A DNA stretch of 64,000 bases from a bacterium (GCA_027310575.1 DAIDAO010000056.1:31881-95880); one strand, 5' to 3'. Shown: positions 54,182 to 62,746, counted from the stretch's first letter. Made by a program: numbers and translations. The notes: generated from the sequence alone by a model not told the origin.

Positions 54182-55075
54182 CTAGATTCTGACCCATTTC
54201 CTGCCTTCTTTTCGATATCGCGAGGTGAACCAGGCGAATCTGCGTTGAGGTCCCATCTGCGACATTAGGAGGAGGTCGTCAAGTTTCCCGGCCTTTGTCC
54301 TGTTCCGGAAGCCAACCAGAGCTCTGAATCGCCTGACCTGACCGATTCCTCCTATAGTCAGGTGGTAGACATTCTTGCGTCTGACCCATGTCCTACCACG
54401 AATTGTCATTGTCCGTCCCTCCTTGTTGGTGACTCTGAGATGTGGCGCAAACCCCAACGCATCCAGGGACGCGCGTATGGCGTGGAGATAATCGGGATCG
54501 GTGTTCGCCACCCCGACATGGATTCCCTTGACGCGGTGCCAGGCTGCGTCCACATTGCACGTGACATATCCTTCGGCGTCGAAGAACCCCTGGAGGAAAT
54601 CTCGAGCGAAATCCTTCAGATGTTCGACGAGTTTCTCCACATCCTGGTTCAGGAAGATGCTCAGGACTACCGAATCGTACTGAACCGTATAGAACGCGCC
54701 GTCACGGCCGAGTGGCTTGGGGGCTCTGCCGAGGATCTTCGCCACGAGCCCTCCGACATACTCGAGCTGTTCCCGGTCGGCCAACTCGAACCTGACTTTG
54801 TGCTCCTCGCCGGCGTCCTTTCCGTCTCCCAAGTAGAAGCCGGCGACATACGCAAGATCACTGCTCGGACTGAGGTCAGGTTCGTATCGGCCCACGCGCT
54901 TGGGCCTGTTTCCCCTGAGCCAGTACCCGACAATGTCTCTGCTCACACCGAGAGCACTGCCGATTCGGCTATTCGACTGGCCGTCCCTGTGGAGGGCGAC
55001 CGCCCTCTCGTACAGGTCAATCCTGTCCCGGAGGCCCTTCGGGAGCAGTGTGCAGCCGGACAAGCCCATTGACAC
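54182..55075 (-). CDS. free-standing HTH plus double-motif LAGLIDADG endonuclease-like protein
   Basis: About 296 aa (GTG 55075 or ATG 55069). The LAGLIDADG motifs are LAYVAGFYLGDGK and FLQGFFDAEGYV. The N-terminal HTH is IGSALGVSRDIVGYWLRG. G+C is lower than in the flanks (31/60 and 34/60 in two hand-counted samples). Confidence 0.8.
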   Translation of the reverse strand: MSMGLSGCTLLPKGLRDRIDLYERAVALHRDGQSNSRIGSALGVSRDIVGYWLRGNRPKRVGRYEPDLSPSSDLAYVAGFYLGDGKDAGEEHKVRFELADREQLEYVGGLVAKILGRAPKPLGRDGAFYTVQYDSVVLSIFLNQDVEKLVEHLKDFARDFLQGFFDAEGYVTCNVDAAWHRVKGIHVGVANTDPDYLHAIRASLDALGFAPHLRVTNKEGRTMTIRGRTWVRRKNVYHLTIGGIGQVRRFRALVGFRNRTKAGKLDDLLLMSQMGPQRRFAWFTSRYRKEGRKWVRI

Positions 55076-55168
55076 TGTCTGGGCCTAATTAGCGCCCCAG
55101 GTGCAGCGTGAGAGGTTGCCGCTTGGGAGACAAAAGCATATGACCAGGCATCAGAGGCGGGGCCGAGA

Positions 55169-55384
55169 ATGAAGGCATGGGTCCCGGTCGCCACGGTCGC
55201 ACTGGTGGCCGTCGCGTACGCGTTCTTCTATGAGCTGAGCGCGGTCGAGAACGAGGGCTCGCTCTCGCTGGGCCTGGCCAACGTGGCAGGGCTGGCCGCT
55301 GTGCTCGTCGGCCTGGTCGCCGCTGGGTTCATCCTGAGGAGGGGCGGGCCGCCGGCAGAGACGAGAGAATCAGGAAATCCTTAA
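55169..55384 (+). CDS. small 2-TM membrane protein (hypothetical)
   Basis: 71 aa with an ATG start and two hydrophobic helices. I recognise no family. Confidence 0.4.
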   Translation: MKAWVPVATVALVAVAYAFFYELSAVENEGSLSLGLANVAGLAAVLVGLVAAGFILRRGGPPAETRESGNP

Positions 55385-55414
55385 GAAAGGTTCGGCGCTC
55401 GCGAAATCCGAGCT

Positions 55415-55903
55415 TTGGACAAGGGATTCTTAGCCCTCTCAATCGTGTTCATGATCCTCGGCATCACGGGGATAGTCCTGTTCAGCAGCCTCTTCTACAA
55501 CGGCTCGATCTTCCCGCAGATGACCTCTTCAGGGGACTCGTGCTACTGCGTGATTTCGAGCCCCGAGCCTTCGGCCGCCCAGGGGACTTCCAGCATCATC
55601 CTAGCGCTCGGCGTCATGTTCTTCCCGATGGGGCTGATGAAGGGCGGGCTCCCCTCTTTCCGAAGGGGGCCGGCCGCACCATCGCAAGTCCAGCTCCCCA
55701 GCGGGCGCGTGGTCAGTCCGGTCCAGATCACGAGCGGGAGATACCTCGCGTTCGGGCTCCTCGTCCTCCTCGTGGGGATTGACGCCCTCCTCTTGCCCGG
55801 GTACCTGATCTACAAGAACGTCTACTACGAGCTGGCAGGCGCGATGCTGACAGCGGCGGGCGCTATCTCAGTGGCCTGGGGGATCAGGAAGCCCAAGAGC
55901 TGA
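55415..55903 (+). CDS. 4-TM membrane protein (hypothetical)
   Basis: 162 aa. The TTG start is uncertain. I recognise no family. Confidence 0.45.
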   Translation: MDKGFLALSIVFMILGITGIVLFSSLFYNGSIFPQMTSSGDSCYCVISSPEPSAAQGTSSIILALGVMFFPMGLMKGGLPSFRRGPAAPSQVQLPSGRVVSPVQITSGRYLAFGLLVLLVGIDALLLPGYLIYKNVYYELAGAMLTAAGAISVAWGIRKPKS

Positions 55904-55959
55904 TTCTGGAAGCTCGCAAGGAACCGTTTTATGCCCCACCTGGACGGGTTGCGAAAGCG

Positions 55960-56547
55960 TTGAGCACTGTTCTACGTAGGCGCAGGAAGGCGAAAGACGA
56001 GGGCGCTGTCGAAGAGGTGAAGGAGGAGGTCAAGAAGTTGGAGAAGGCCACGGTCAAGGAAGCAAAGAAGGCGGAGAAGGCGGTTGAGCACAGACTTGGG
56101 AGGCCGATGGTCAGGCCCTCGCGGCCCACGGGGCGCGTTCCTCAGGCAATGGTCACTGCGAGGCACGGCTCGGGCATGATCACCAGGTCCGGAAGAGGCT
56201 TCTCGCTCGGGGAGCTCGCAGGGGTAGGGTTGGCGCCCGGTCTGGCGGCCGAGTGGGGCGTGAGGATCGACGCCAGAAGGAGGAGCGTGCTGGACGGGAA
56301 TGTGGCTTCTCTCAAGACCTGGCACGCGACCGCAGGCACCAGGGAACGGGTCGAGCACGAGGCGAAGAAGGCGGAGCAGGAACTGGCGAAGGTCGGGAAG
56401 GAAGTCGAGAAAGAGGCGGTCGCAGTCGAGAAGGAGGTCGTGAAGGTCGAGAAGGCGGCGAAGAAGGAAGTGAAGAGGGCGGAGAAGGCAGTCAAGGAGA
56501 AGGCCGAGAAGCCGAAAGCTCGGCCGAAGAAGAAAGAGAAGGCGTAG
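55960..56547 (+). CDS. rpl13e: ribosomal protein eL13 with K/E-rich heptad extensions
   Basis: The core RSGRGFSLGELAGVGL...GVRIDARRRSVLDGNVASLK matches the L13e signature. The TTG start lies 25-36 nt downstream of CCGTTTTATGCC. Both flanks are K/E/V/A heptad repeats. Confidence 0.8.
   Translation: MSTVLRRRRKAKDEGAVEEVKEEVKKLEKATVKEAKKAEKAVEHRLGRPMVRPSRPTGRVPQAMVTARHGSGMITRSGRGFSLGELAGVGLAPGLAAEWGVRIDARRRSVLDGNVASLKTWHATAGTRERVEHEAKKAEQELAKVGKEVEKEAVAVEKEVVKVEKAAKKEVKRAEKAVKEKAEKPKARPKKKEKA
56404..56508 (+). repeat. imperfect 21-nt tandem repeat (5 units, first 3 clear) encoding heptads
   Basis: The units GTCGAGAAAGAGGCGGTCGCA, GTCGAGAAGGAGGTCGTGAAG and GTCGAGAAGGCGGCGAAGAAG are followed by two degenerate units. 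They encode VEKEAVA, VEKEVVK, VEKAAKK and further heptads in the eL13 C-terminal tail. Confidence 0.6.
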
Positions 56548-57463
56548 CCCCGGCCTCGGACTCGCGTGCAGCCATGAAGAGATACTGCTGGGCGTACCCC
56601 GCGTACCTTCCGAACCTGCCCCGGGCCGCCTTCGAGATTCTGAAGTAGTCCCCCCGCGACAGCCTGAGCTTCCCGTCGCGCGCAAGCCTTGACTTCAGTG
56701 CGGAGTCGAGGAGCTTCGGGTAGGACCTAGCCAGCGCCCTCGCGACCCAGACGTCGATTGGGAACGCTTCGTCCTTCCCGCATGAGAACAGCAGGACGCA
56801 GTCCGCGACCTTCGGGCCGACCCCCAGCAGCAGCTTCTCCCCGAAGAGGTCCTTCAGCAGCTCGTCGCGGGCCTCCTCGTAGCTCAATGACGCGACGCGG
56901 GTGAAGTCCACCCTCCCCTCTGCGACCGAGGACGCGACGTGCTTCAGGAAGGGCGCCCTGTAGCCCAGTCCCATCCGTCTCAGGTCCGCCACCGGCGCTG
57001 CGGCGAGGGCCTCGGGGCGTGGGAAGGCGTGCAGCGTCTCTCCTTCGAACTCGAAGGCCGCGCCGCAGGAGTCGCACACCTCCGCGACCATCTTCTTGAT
57101 TCTCGGGATGTTCGCGTTGGTCGCGAGGACGAAGGATGCAAGGCATTCCCACGCGTCCTGCCTTACCAGCCTCATGCCGTAGTACTTCTGCGCAGCCCTC
57201 GCGACGGGCTGGTCCCTGGATATCGACGCGAGTATGTGCTCAAGGTCCTCGTCCAGCCTGAAGTACCTGGCGACGAACCCGCTGCCGACGGAGTCAGAGG
57301 AGGCCGAGCAGCGGAGGACGTCCCCTTCCTGCCTGACCTTCAGCGCGGAGCCGCCCACGACCCCGTGCCACCACTCCCCCTTCCTCGACCACCTGAAGAG
57401 CTGGCCGCTCTCCATCGTGTATTCGAGGCTGAAGGGAGAGTCGAGCGCTACGGTGAATTCCAA
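56492..57463 (-). CDS. ogg: 8-oxoguanine DNA glycosylase/AP lyase (Ogg1-type, HhH-GPD)
   Basis: 323 aa from TTG 57463 (CAA confirmed on the + strand). Motifs are TMESGQLFRW, LLGVGPKVADCVLLF and FPIDVWV. The rest of track ORF 56492..58786 is antisense to hemL. Confidence 0.8.
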   Translation of the reverse strand: MEFTVALDSPFSLEYTMESGQLFRWSRKGEWWHGVVGGSALKVRQEGDVLRCSASSDSVGSGFVARYFRLDEDLEHILASISRDQPVARAAQKYYGMRLVRQDAWECLASFVLATNANIPRIKKMVAEVCDSCGAAFEFEGETLHAFPRPEALAAAPVADLRRMGLGYRAPFLKHVASSVAEGRVDFTRVASLSYEEARDELLKDLFGEKLLLGVGPKVADCVLLFSCGKDEAFPIDVWVARALARSYPKLLDSALKSRLARDGKLRLSRGDYFRISKAARGRFGRYAGYAQQYLFMAARESEAGATPSLSSSAELSASRPSP

Positions 57464-57550
57464 CCCTCGGTGGGGTTTGGAAGCCTGCGATAATTGACTC
57501 TTGTGCCGAGAACGGGCTTGAAATAGGCGGACAGGGGGCCTTCCGGGAAG

Positions 57551-58888
57551 ATGGCCCGGGAGTACGAGGCGAGGACGCGCGGTTCGGAGCGGCTGTTCGA
57601 GAGGGCAAAGAAAGTCTTCGCGGGCGGAGTCAACCACAACGCCCGCTTCTACGAGCCGTACCCGATCTTCGTGAAGAAGGCGAAGGGGCAGCACATCTGG
57701 GACGAGGACGGACATCGCTACACAGACTACTGGATGGGGCACATGGCCCTGATCCTCGGGCACTCGCCGAAGGTGGTCGTCGACGCCCTCAGGCCGCAGA
57801 TAGCGAAGGGGACCCACTACGGGATGGGGAGCAGGCTCTCGGTCGAGCTGGGGGAGGAGATTCAGGGGACGGTTCCCTGCGCCGAAGCGATGAGGTTCTG
57901 CAACACCGGCGCGGAGGCCACGATGTACCTTGTGAGGCTGGCCAGGGCCTACACCGGCAGGCGCGTGGTGATCAAGATGGCCGGGGGCTGGCACGGATAC
58001 AACACGCAGCTGAACATGGGGGTCCACACCCCCTTCGACAGGGCCGAGAGCGCTGGGATCCTGGAGGAGGAGCAGTCGCACGTCAGGAACGTCAGGTTCA
58101 ACGACCTGGATGCTGCCGAGTCGGAACTGAAGAGGGCCGAAGGGGACGCAGCCGCGATCTTCCTCGAGCCGGTCCTCGGCGCCGGTGGGTGCATACCCGC
58201 GGACAGGGACTATCTCAAGGGGCTCCGGGAGCTGGCCGACTCTCGCGGCGTGCTGCTCTGCTTTGACGAGGTCATCACGGGGTTCAGGCTTGCGCTCGGC
58301 GGCGCGCAGGAGTGGTACGGCGTCAGACCCGACCTGGCCGCCTTCGGGAAGATAGCGGGGGGCGGCCTCCCCATAGGCCTCGTCTGCGGGAGGCGAGAGA
58401 TTCTCGCCCTCGCTGACCCCTCGCGAAAGGCTGCGAACTTCGTCTCGATCGGCGGGGGAACTTTCTCCGAGAACCCCCTGAGCATGGCTGCCGGCCTTGC
58501 CACTGTCAGGTACCTCAGAAAGAACGCGAAATCGGTCTATCCGAAACTCGACAGGGTCGGGAAGGAGACCAGGGTCGGAATAGACAAGGCGTTCGCAGAC
58601 GCAGGGGTCGAAGCGCACACGACGGGAGCAGGCTCGCTCTTCCTTACTCATTTCGGGAAAGAGCCCAAGAACGCAGAAGAGGCGGCGGGTGAGGACAAGG
58701 GAATCGTTTCGAGCTACGCTCTCCATCTGATGGCTTCGGGGACCTTCCTCCTGCCGGGTCACCCGGGAGGGACATCGACGGCGCACACGTCTGAGGACAT
58801 CGAAGAACTGGCCAGGGAGAGCGGTACGTTCGGCGAATCGCTTAGGGAGAGGCGACAGCAGAGCGCATTCGGACCAGTTTCAGCCTAG
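57551..58888 (+). CDS. hemL: glutamate-1-semialdehyde 2,1-aminomutase (class III aminotransferase)
   Basis: 445 aa with FDEVITGFR and FGKIAGGGLPIG (PLP-Lys) motifs. Confidence 0.85.
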   Translation: MAREYEARTRGSERLFERAKKVFAGGVNHNARFYEPYPIFVKKAKGQHIWDEDGHRYTDYWMGHMALILGHSPKVVVDALRPQIAKGTHYGMGSRLSVELGEEIQGTVPCAEAMRFCNTGAEATMYLVRLARAYTGRRVVIKMAGGWHGYNTQLNMGVHTPFDRAESAGILEEEQSHVRNVRFNDLDAAESELKRAEGDAAAIFLEPVLGAGGCIPADRDYLKGLRELADSRGVLLCFDEVITGFRLALGGAQEWYGVRPDLAAFGKIAGGGLPIGLVCGRREILALADPSRKAANFVSIGGGTFSENPLSMAAGLATVRYLRKNAKSVYPKLDRVGKETRVGIDKAFADAGVEAHTTGAGSLFLTHFGKEPKNAEEAAGEDKGIVSSYALHLMASGTFLLPGHPGGTSTAHTSEDIEELARESGTFGESLRERRQQSAFGPVSA

Positions 58889-58956
58889 CCTCCCCCCGCA
58901 ATAGGGCCACCTCTCAGCCAGAATTGAATAACCGGGACCTGAAAGCAGGTTGATCA

Positions 58957-59766
58957 TTGCCGAAGCACCACAGAGTGCCTCCGCTCGATGTCCGAATGAA
59001 AGCGCATTCACGATTCATGTCTCTTAAGTTGATTCGTTCAAGGAGAGATGTAGTCAGGAGGATTTCATCGGCGTACGGGGTAACCGAGACCACGGTCTAC
59101 CAATGGTACAAAGGCGCGACCCCATTCGGACGACGCGCTGGCAGAATTGCAAGAGTGCCTGAGCTGCTCTACGTTCTGGGAGCCCTCTTGGGAGACGGTT
59201 GCATCTACCACTGGCGCAATCACTTCCAAGTCTGGCTGGTCGGCGAGGAGGCTTTCACCGCGAAATATGCTCGGATGCTCTCCGCATGCTTGGGGAGGGA
59301 GATCAAGAACTACAAGTATGGGTCAAAGAACGCATGGTTCGTCAGGGTTGATAACGCGGAGCTGTTCTACCTATTGCAGTCCGTGAGAAGGGACCACTCT
59401 CGTATCGCGGAGACTGTCGAGGAAATAGATATGAAACAAGGATGGGCTAGGTTCATAGAGGGATTCTTCGACGCTGAAGGTTGCGTGAAGATCATCGGCG
59501 GCAGGGAAAGGAGGACTCCGAAGGCGTGTCTTGACTTCTGCAACACGGACCTCCGTCTGCTAGAGCTTGTCCGATTGGCGCTCGCGAAGTTGGGCATCAA
59601 GTCTGCGATATCGGAACAGAAGACGGACCTTCCAAGAAGGACTTCGTTCCATCTTAGAATGTACTCGAAGGCTGGAATCGCAGACTTTCTGGCGCTGATA
59701 CAGACTACTAAACTCACCGAATCGAAGAAGCCGCTCGTCTATGCGTGGCTCGCAAAAGGGGGTTGA
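58957..59766 (+). CDS. free-standing HTH plus double-motif LAGLIDADG endonuclease-like protein (second copy, divergent)
   Basis: About 269 aa. The TTG at 58957 lies 25-35 nt after GAATTGAATAA, with ATG alternatives at 58996 and 59017. The motifs are LLYVLGALLGDGC and FIEGFFDAEGCV. The HTH is ISSAYGVTETTVYQWYKG. G+C is low (28/60 and 32/60 in two samples). Confidence 0.75.
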   Translation: MPKHHRVPPLDVRMKAHSRFMSLKLIRSRRDVVRRISSAYGVTETTVYQWYKGATPFGRRAGRIARVPELLYVLGALLGDGCIYHWRNHFQVWLVGEEAFTAKYARMLSACLGREIKNYKYGSKNAWFVRVDNAELFYLLQSVRRDHSRIAETVEEIDMKQGWARFIEGFFDAEGCVKIIGGRERRTPKACLDFCNTDLRLLELVRLALAKLGIKSAISEQKTDLPRRTSFHLRMYSKAGIADFLALIQTTKLTESKKPLVYAWLAKGG

Positions 59767-59776
59767 GGGAAAGCGC

Positions 59777-60382
59777 CTACTTGGCGACTTTCCCCAGTCT
59801 TGAGTCCACGTCAGACCAGTTGACCACATTCCACCAGTTCTCGATGTACTTTGGTCGGTCTGGGCCTACGTCATACAGGTAGGCATGCTCCCAGACGTCG
59901 AGCCCGAGCAAGATAGCCGCGCCGCCCAGATGCATCAGGTTCTGCTTCTCGATTTGGGTGAGGACCAGCGACTCCGTGAGAGGGTCATGCAGAAGGAGGG
60001 CCCATCCGACGCCTTCAACGGTCTTGGCTGCGTCTGTGAACTGAGCCTTGAATTTGTCGAACCCTCCGAAGTCGCGGTTAATCGCGTCCGCGAGCTTTCC
60101 CCCGGGAGCACCTCCGCCTTTCCCGGTGGGGGCCATGTTCGGCCAGAATATGGAGTGGAGGACGTTTCCGTCGTAGTTGAAGCTGAAGTCCCTCAGGACT
60201 GCCCTTGTGTCAATCTGCGCCTCGCCTCTTCTTGCCTTCTCGAGCTTCTCCAGCGCCGCGTTCGCTCCATTCACGTAGGCCTGGTGATGCTTAGTGTGAT
60301 GGAGGGTCATAGTCTTCTCTGAGATGTGAGGTTCTAGAGCTTTGTAGGAGTATGGCAGTGGTGGTAGTGTGTAGTTCTTCAT
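59777..60382 (-). CDS. sod: Fe/Mn superoxide dismutase
   Basis: 201 aa with HHTKHHQAYVNG and DVWEHAY motifs. G+C is low (29/60 and 31/60 in two samples). Confidence 0.95.
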   Translation of the reverse strand: MKNYTLPPLPYSYKALEPHISEKTMTLHHTKHHQAYVNGANAALEKLEKARRGEAQIDTRAVLRDFSFNYDGNVLHSIFWPNMAPTGKGGGAPGGKLADAINRDFGGFDKFKAQFTDAAKTVEGVGWALLLHDPLTESLVLTQIEKQNLMHLGGAAILLGLDVWEHAYLYDVGPDRPKYIENWWNVVNWSDVDSRLGKVAK

Positions 60383-60419
60383 GTTGCACTGCCGAGGGCG
60401 ATTATGTAAAAACTTGTCC

Positions 60420-61085
60420 CTAGACTGTGATGGAGGCCTTGGCCTTCTTCGCCTTCTCCCAGTCTTCCAGGAACCGCTTCAAGCCCGCGTCTGTTAGGGG
60501 ATGCTGCATCATCTTCTCCATCACCTCAGGGGGCATAGTGGCTATGTTGGCGCCAGCCTTCGCGGCCTCAAGCACGTGCTGAGGGTGTCTGATGCTCCCG
60601 ACGAGGACCTCGGCCTTCAGGCTGTAGTTGTCCCTAATCCTGACGAGGTCTTCGACGACGTCCATCCCCCTCTGCCCGATGTCATCCAGGCGGCCTATGA
60701 ACGGGCTGACGAAGGACGCCCCGGCCTTCGCTGCCAGAAGCCCCTGGTTGGCGGAGAAGATCAGTGTCATGTTCACCCTGATCCCCCTCTGACTGATCGC
60801 CTTCGTGGCCCTGAGCCCTTCGGGGATCATCGGGATCTTCACAACGACGTTCGGGGCGAGGGTGGAGAGGTGCTTCGCTTCTGCGACCATCCCGTCGAAG
60901 TCTGTCGCCACCACTTCAGCGCTGACGTCCCCCCTGATTTCGCTGCAGATGGCCTTGACTATCTCCTCGAACTCCCCCGGCTCCTTGGCCACCAGCGTCG
61001 GGTTCGTTGTGACCCCGTCGACCACCCCCATCGCGTTGAGCTTCTTTATCTGGGCGAGGTTGGCTGTGTCGAGGAAGAGCTTCAT
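60420..61085 (-). CDS. tal: transaldolase / fructose-6-phosphate aldolase family (short type)
   Basis: ATG at 61085 (CAT confirmed). 221 aa with MKLFLDTANL...GVTTNPTL. Confidence 0.9.
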   Translation of the reverse strand: MKLFLDTANLAQIKKLNAMGVVDGVTTNPTLVAKEPGEFEEIVKAICSEIRGDVSAEVVATDFDGMVAEAKHLSTLAPNVVVKIPMIPEGLRATKAISQRGIRVNMTLIFSANQGLLAAKAGASFVSPFIGRLDDIGQRGMDVVEDLVRIRDNYSLKAEVLVGSIRHPQHVLEAAKAGANIATMPPEVMEKMMQHPLTDAGLKRFLEDWEKAKKAKASITV

Positions 61086-61118
61086 TCCTCTTCTGACCCC
61101 GCTCAACTGTATTTATGA

Positions 61119-62060
61119 CTAACGGACCTTCGAGAGGCCCAGGGCCGCCTGCTCGATGTCCGCAGAGGTCAGGCCATACTTCTTCAGCAGTTCGCCCGCG
61201 TCGCCGCTCTCGCCGAAGGTGTCCATGACCCCGACCCGCTTCATGAGCGTGGGGCACCTCTCCCCCAGGACCTCGGCCACGGCAGAGCCCATCCCGCCCA
61301 TGACGTTGTGCTCTTCTGTAGTCACTACCCTCCCGCACTTCTGGGCGAACTTCGTGACCGTGTCCGAGTCGATGGGCTTTATGGTGTGAAGGTCGATCAC
61401 GGCAGCCGAGACCCCCTTGGCCTTCAGCGAGTCGGCTGCCTTCAGCGCCTCCGGGACCATTATGCCGCACGCGAAGAGCGCGACGTCTGAGCCGTCGCGG
61501 AGGACGTTCGCCTCCCCGAACTTGTACTCGAAGCCGCTCTCGTAGATGATCGGGGTCGAGGGCCTGGTAAGGCGGACGTAGAAGGGCCCCGGGATGGTCG
61601 CTATCGCCTTGACCGCCCCCTTGGTCGAAGGCGCGTCTGCGGGGACGATGACCTTCATCTTGGGTATCGCCCTCATGATCGCGATGTCCTCGACCTGCTG
61701 GTGTGACGCGCCATCCGGGCCGACGGAGATGCCTCCGTGTGAGCACACGATCTTGACGTTGAGGTTCGGGTACGCGATGTTGTTGCGGATCTGGTCGACC
61801 GACTTCCCAGGGACAAATATGGCATAGGTGCCTGCGTATGCGATCTTCCCAGCCAGCGCAAGGCCAGCGGCTATGGAGACCAGGTTCTGCTCCGCTATCC
61901 CGACGTTGAAGAACCGCTCGGGGTACTTCGAGGCGAAGACGCCGGACTTCAGGGAGCCTGTGGTGTCTGCCCCGACGACCACGACGTCCTTGTTCGTCGC
62001 TCCCAGTTCGAGCAGCGCCTCCCCGTATGCGTCCCGCATCGCAGCCTGCTTCGACGACAT
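61119..62060 (-). CDS. transketolase, C-terminal (pyrimidine-binding) subunit
   Basis: ATG at 62060 (CAT confirmed). 313 aa with the FFNVGIAEQNLV motif. The upstream part of track ORF 61119..62570 overlaps rpe in another frame. Confidence 0.9.
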   Translation of the reverse strand: MSSKQAAMRDAYGEALLELGATNKDVVVVGADTTGSLKSGVFASKYPERFFNVGIAEQNLVSIAAGLALAGKIAYAGTYAIFVPGKSVDQIRNNIAYPNLNVKIVCSHGGISVGPDGASHQQVEDIAIMRAIPKMKVIVPADAPSTKGAVKAIATIPGPFYVRLTRPSTPIIYESGFEYKFGEANVLRDGSDVALFACGIMVPEALKAADSLKAKGVSAAVIDLHTIKPIDSDTVTKFAQKCGRVVTTEEHNVMGGMGSAVAEVLGERCPTLMKRVGVMDTFGESGDAGELLKKYGLTSADIEQAALGLSKVR

Positions 62061-62746
62061 CAGTCCTTCCTCCTCGCGCTCTCGGCCTTGTCTCTGAGGA
62101 CGCCGATCGCAGCGATTGGGTCCTTCTTGGCGTAGACCCCTGCCCCAGCGACGAGGACGTTTCCCCCTCTCCTGACCACTTCCTGCACGTTCTCGGGCTC
62201 GACCCCGCCGTCCACTTCGATGTCTGTCCCCGCCCCCCTCTCCTCCACGAGCGCTCTCATCCGCTGCAGCTTGGGCATCACCGACATGTCCATCGTCTGG
62301 CCGCTGAACCCCGGGTTGACAGTCATGACGACCAGCGTCGAGATCTTGTCCAGCTTGGCTGAGGCCCACTTGGGGAGCTGTGTCTGCGGCTTGATCGCGA
62401 GCCCGACCTCCTTCCCCTTTGCGTTCACCGTCCTGAAGAACTCGTCGAAGCGCTCCCCGTTCATCACCTCGGCATGGACGGAGAGCAGGTCCGAGCCTGC
62501 GTCCAGGAATCTGTCCGCGTACTTCTGCGGCTCTTCGATCATGAGGTGGGTGTCGAACTTCAGGTCGCACCTCCGCCTAAGAGCCTTCACGGTCCCTGGC
62601 CCGAAGGTGATGTTGGGCGCGAAGTGCCCGTCGATGACGTCGAGGTGCACCTGGTCGGCCCCTCCCTTCACGGAGATCTCGACCGCGCCTTCCAGGTCGC
62701 CGAGGTCCCATGCGAGTATCGAGGGAGCAATGCGGATCCCATTCAA
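62060..62746 (-). CDS. rpe: ribulose-phosphate 3-epimerase
   Basis: 228 aa with a TTG start, plus HLDVIDGHFAPNITFG and MTVNPGFSGQ motifs. Confidence 0.9.
   Translation of the reverse strand: MNGIRIAPSILAWDLGDLEGAVEISVKGGADQVHLDVIDGHFAPNITFGPGTVKALRRRCDLKFDTHLMIEEPQKYADRFLDAGSDLLSVHAEVMNGERFDEFFRTVNAKGKEVGLAIKPQTQLPKWASAKLDKISTLVVMTVNPGFSGQTMDMSVMPKLQRMRALVEERGAGTDIEVDGGVEPENVQEVVRRGGNVLVAGAGVYAKKDPIAAIGVLRDKAESARRKD

Noticed and set aside
55093-55130. Possible att-like direct repeat of the tRNA-Tyr 3' region (GCGTGAG..GGTT..CCG) on the far side of the LAGLIDADG gene
   Set aside because: Only a 7-mer is exact. Extending the alignment needs about 6 gap events for about 26 matches. The expected number of chance 7-mer matches between two such short regions is about 0.3. 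This is not convincing without a proper alignment statistic.
57464-58786. N-terminal about 440 aa of the 764-aa track ORF 56492..58786 (-)
   Set aside because: It is entirely antisense to the well-supported hemL gene and has Arg/Pro/Gly-rich composition typical of GC-driven spurious frames. Only the C-terminal 323 aa (Ogg) look like a real protein, and a TTG start at 57463 fits the family N-terminus.
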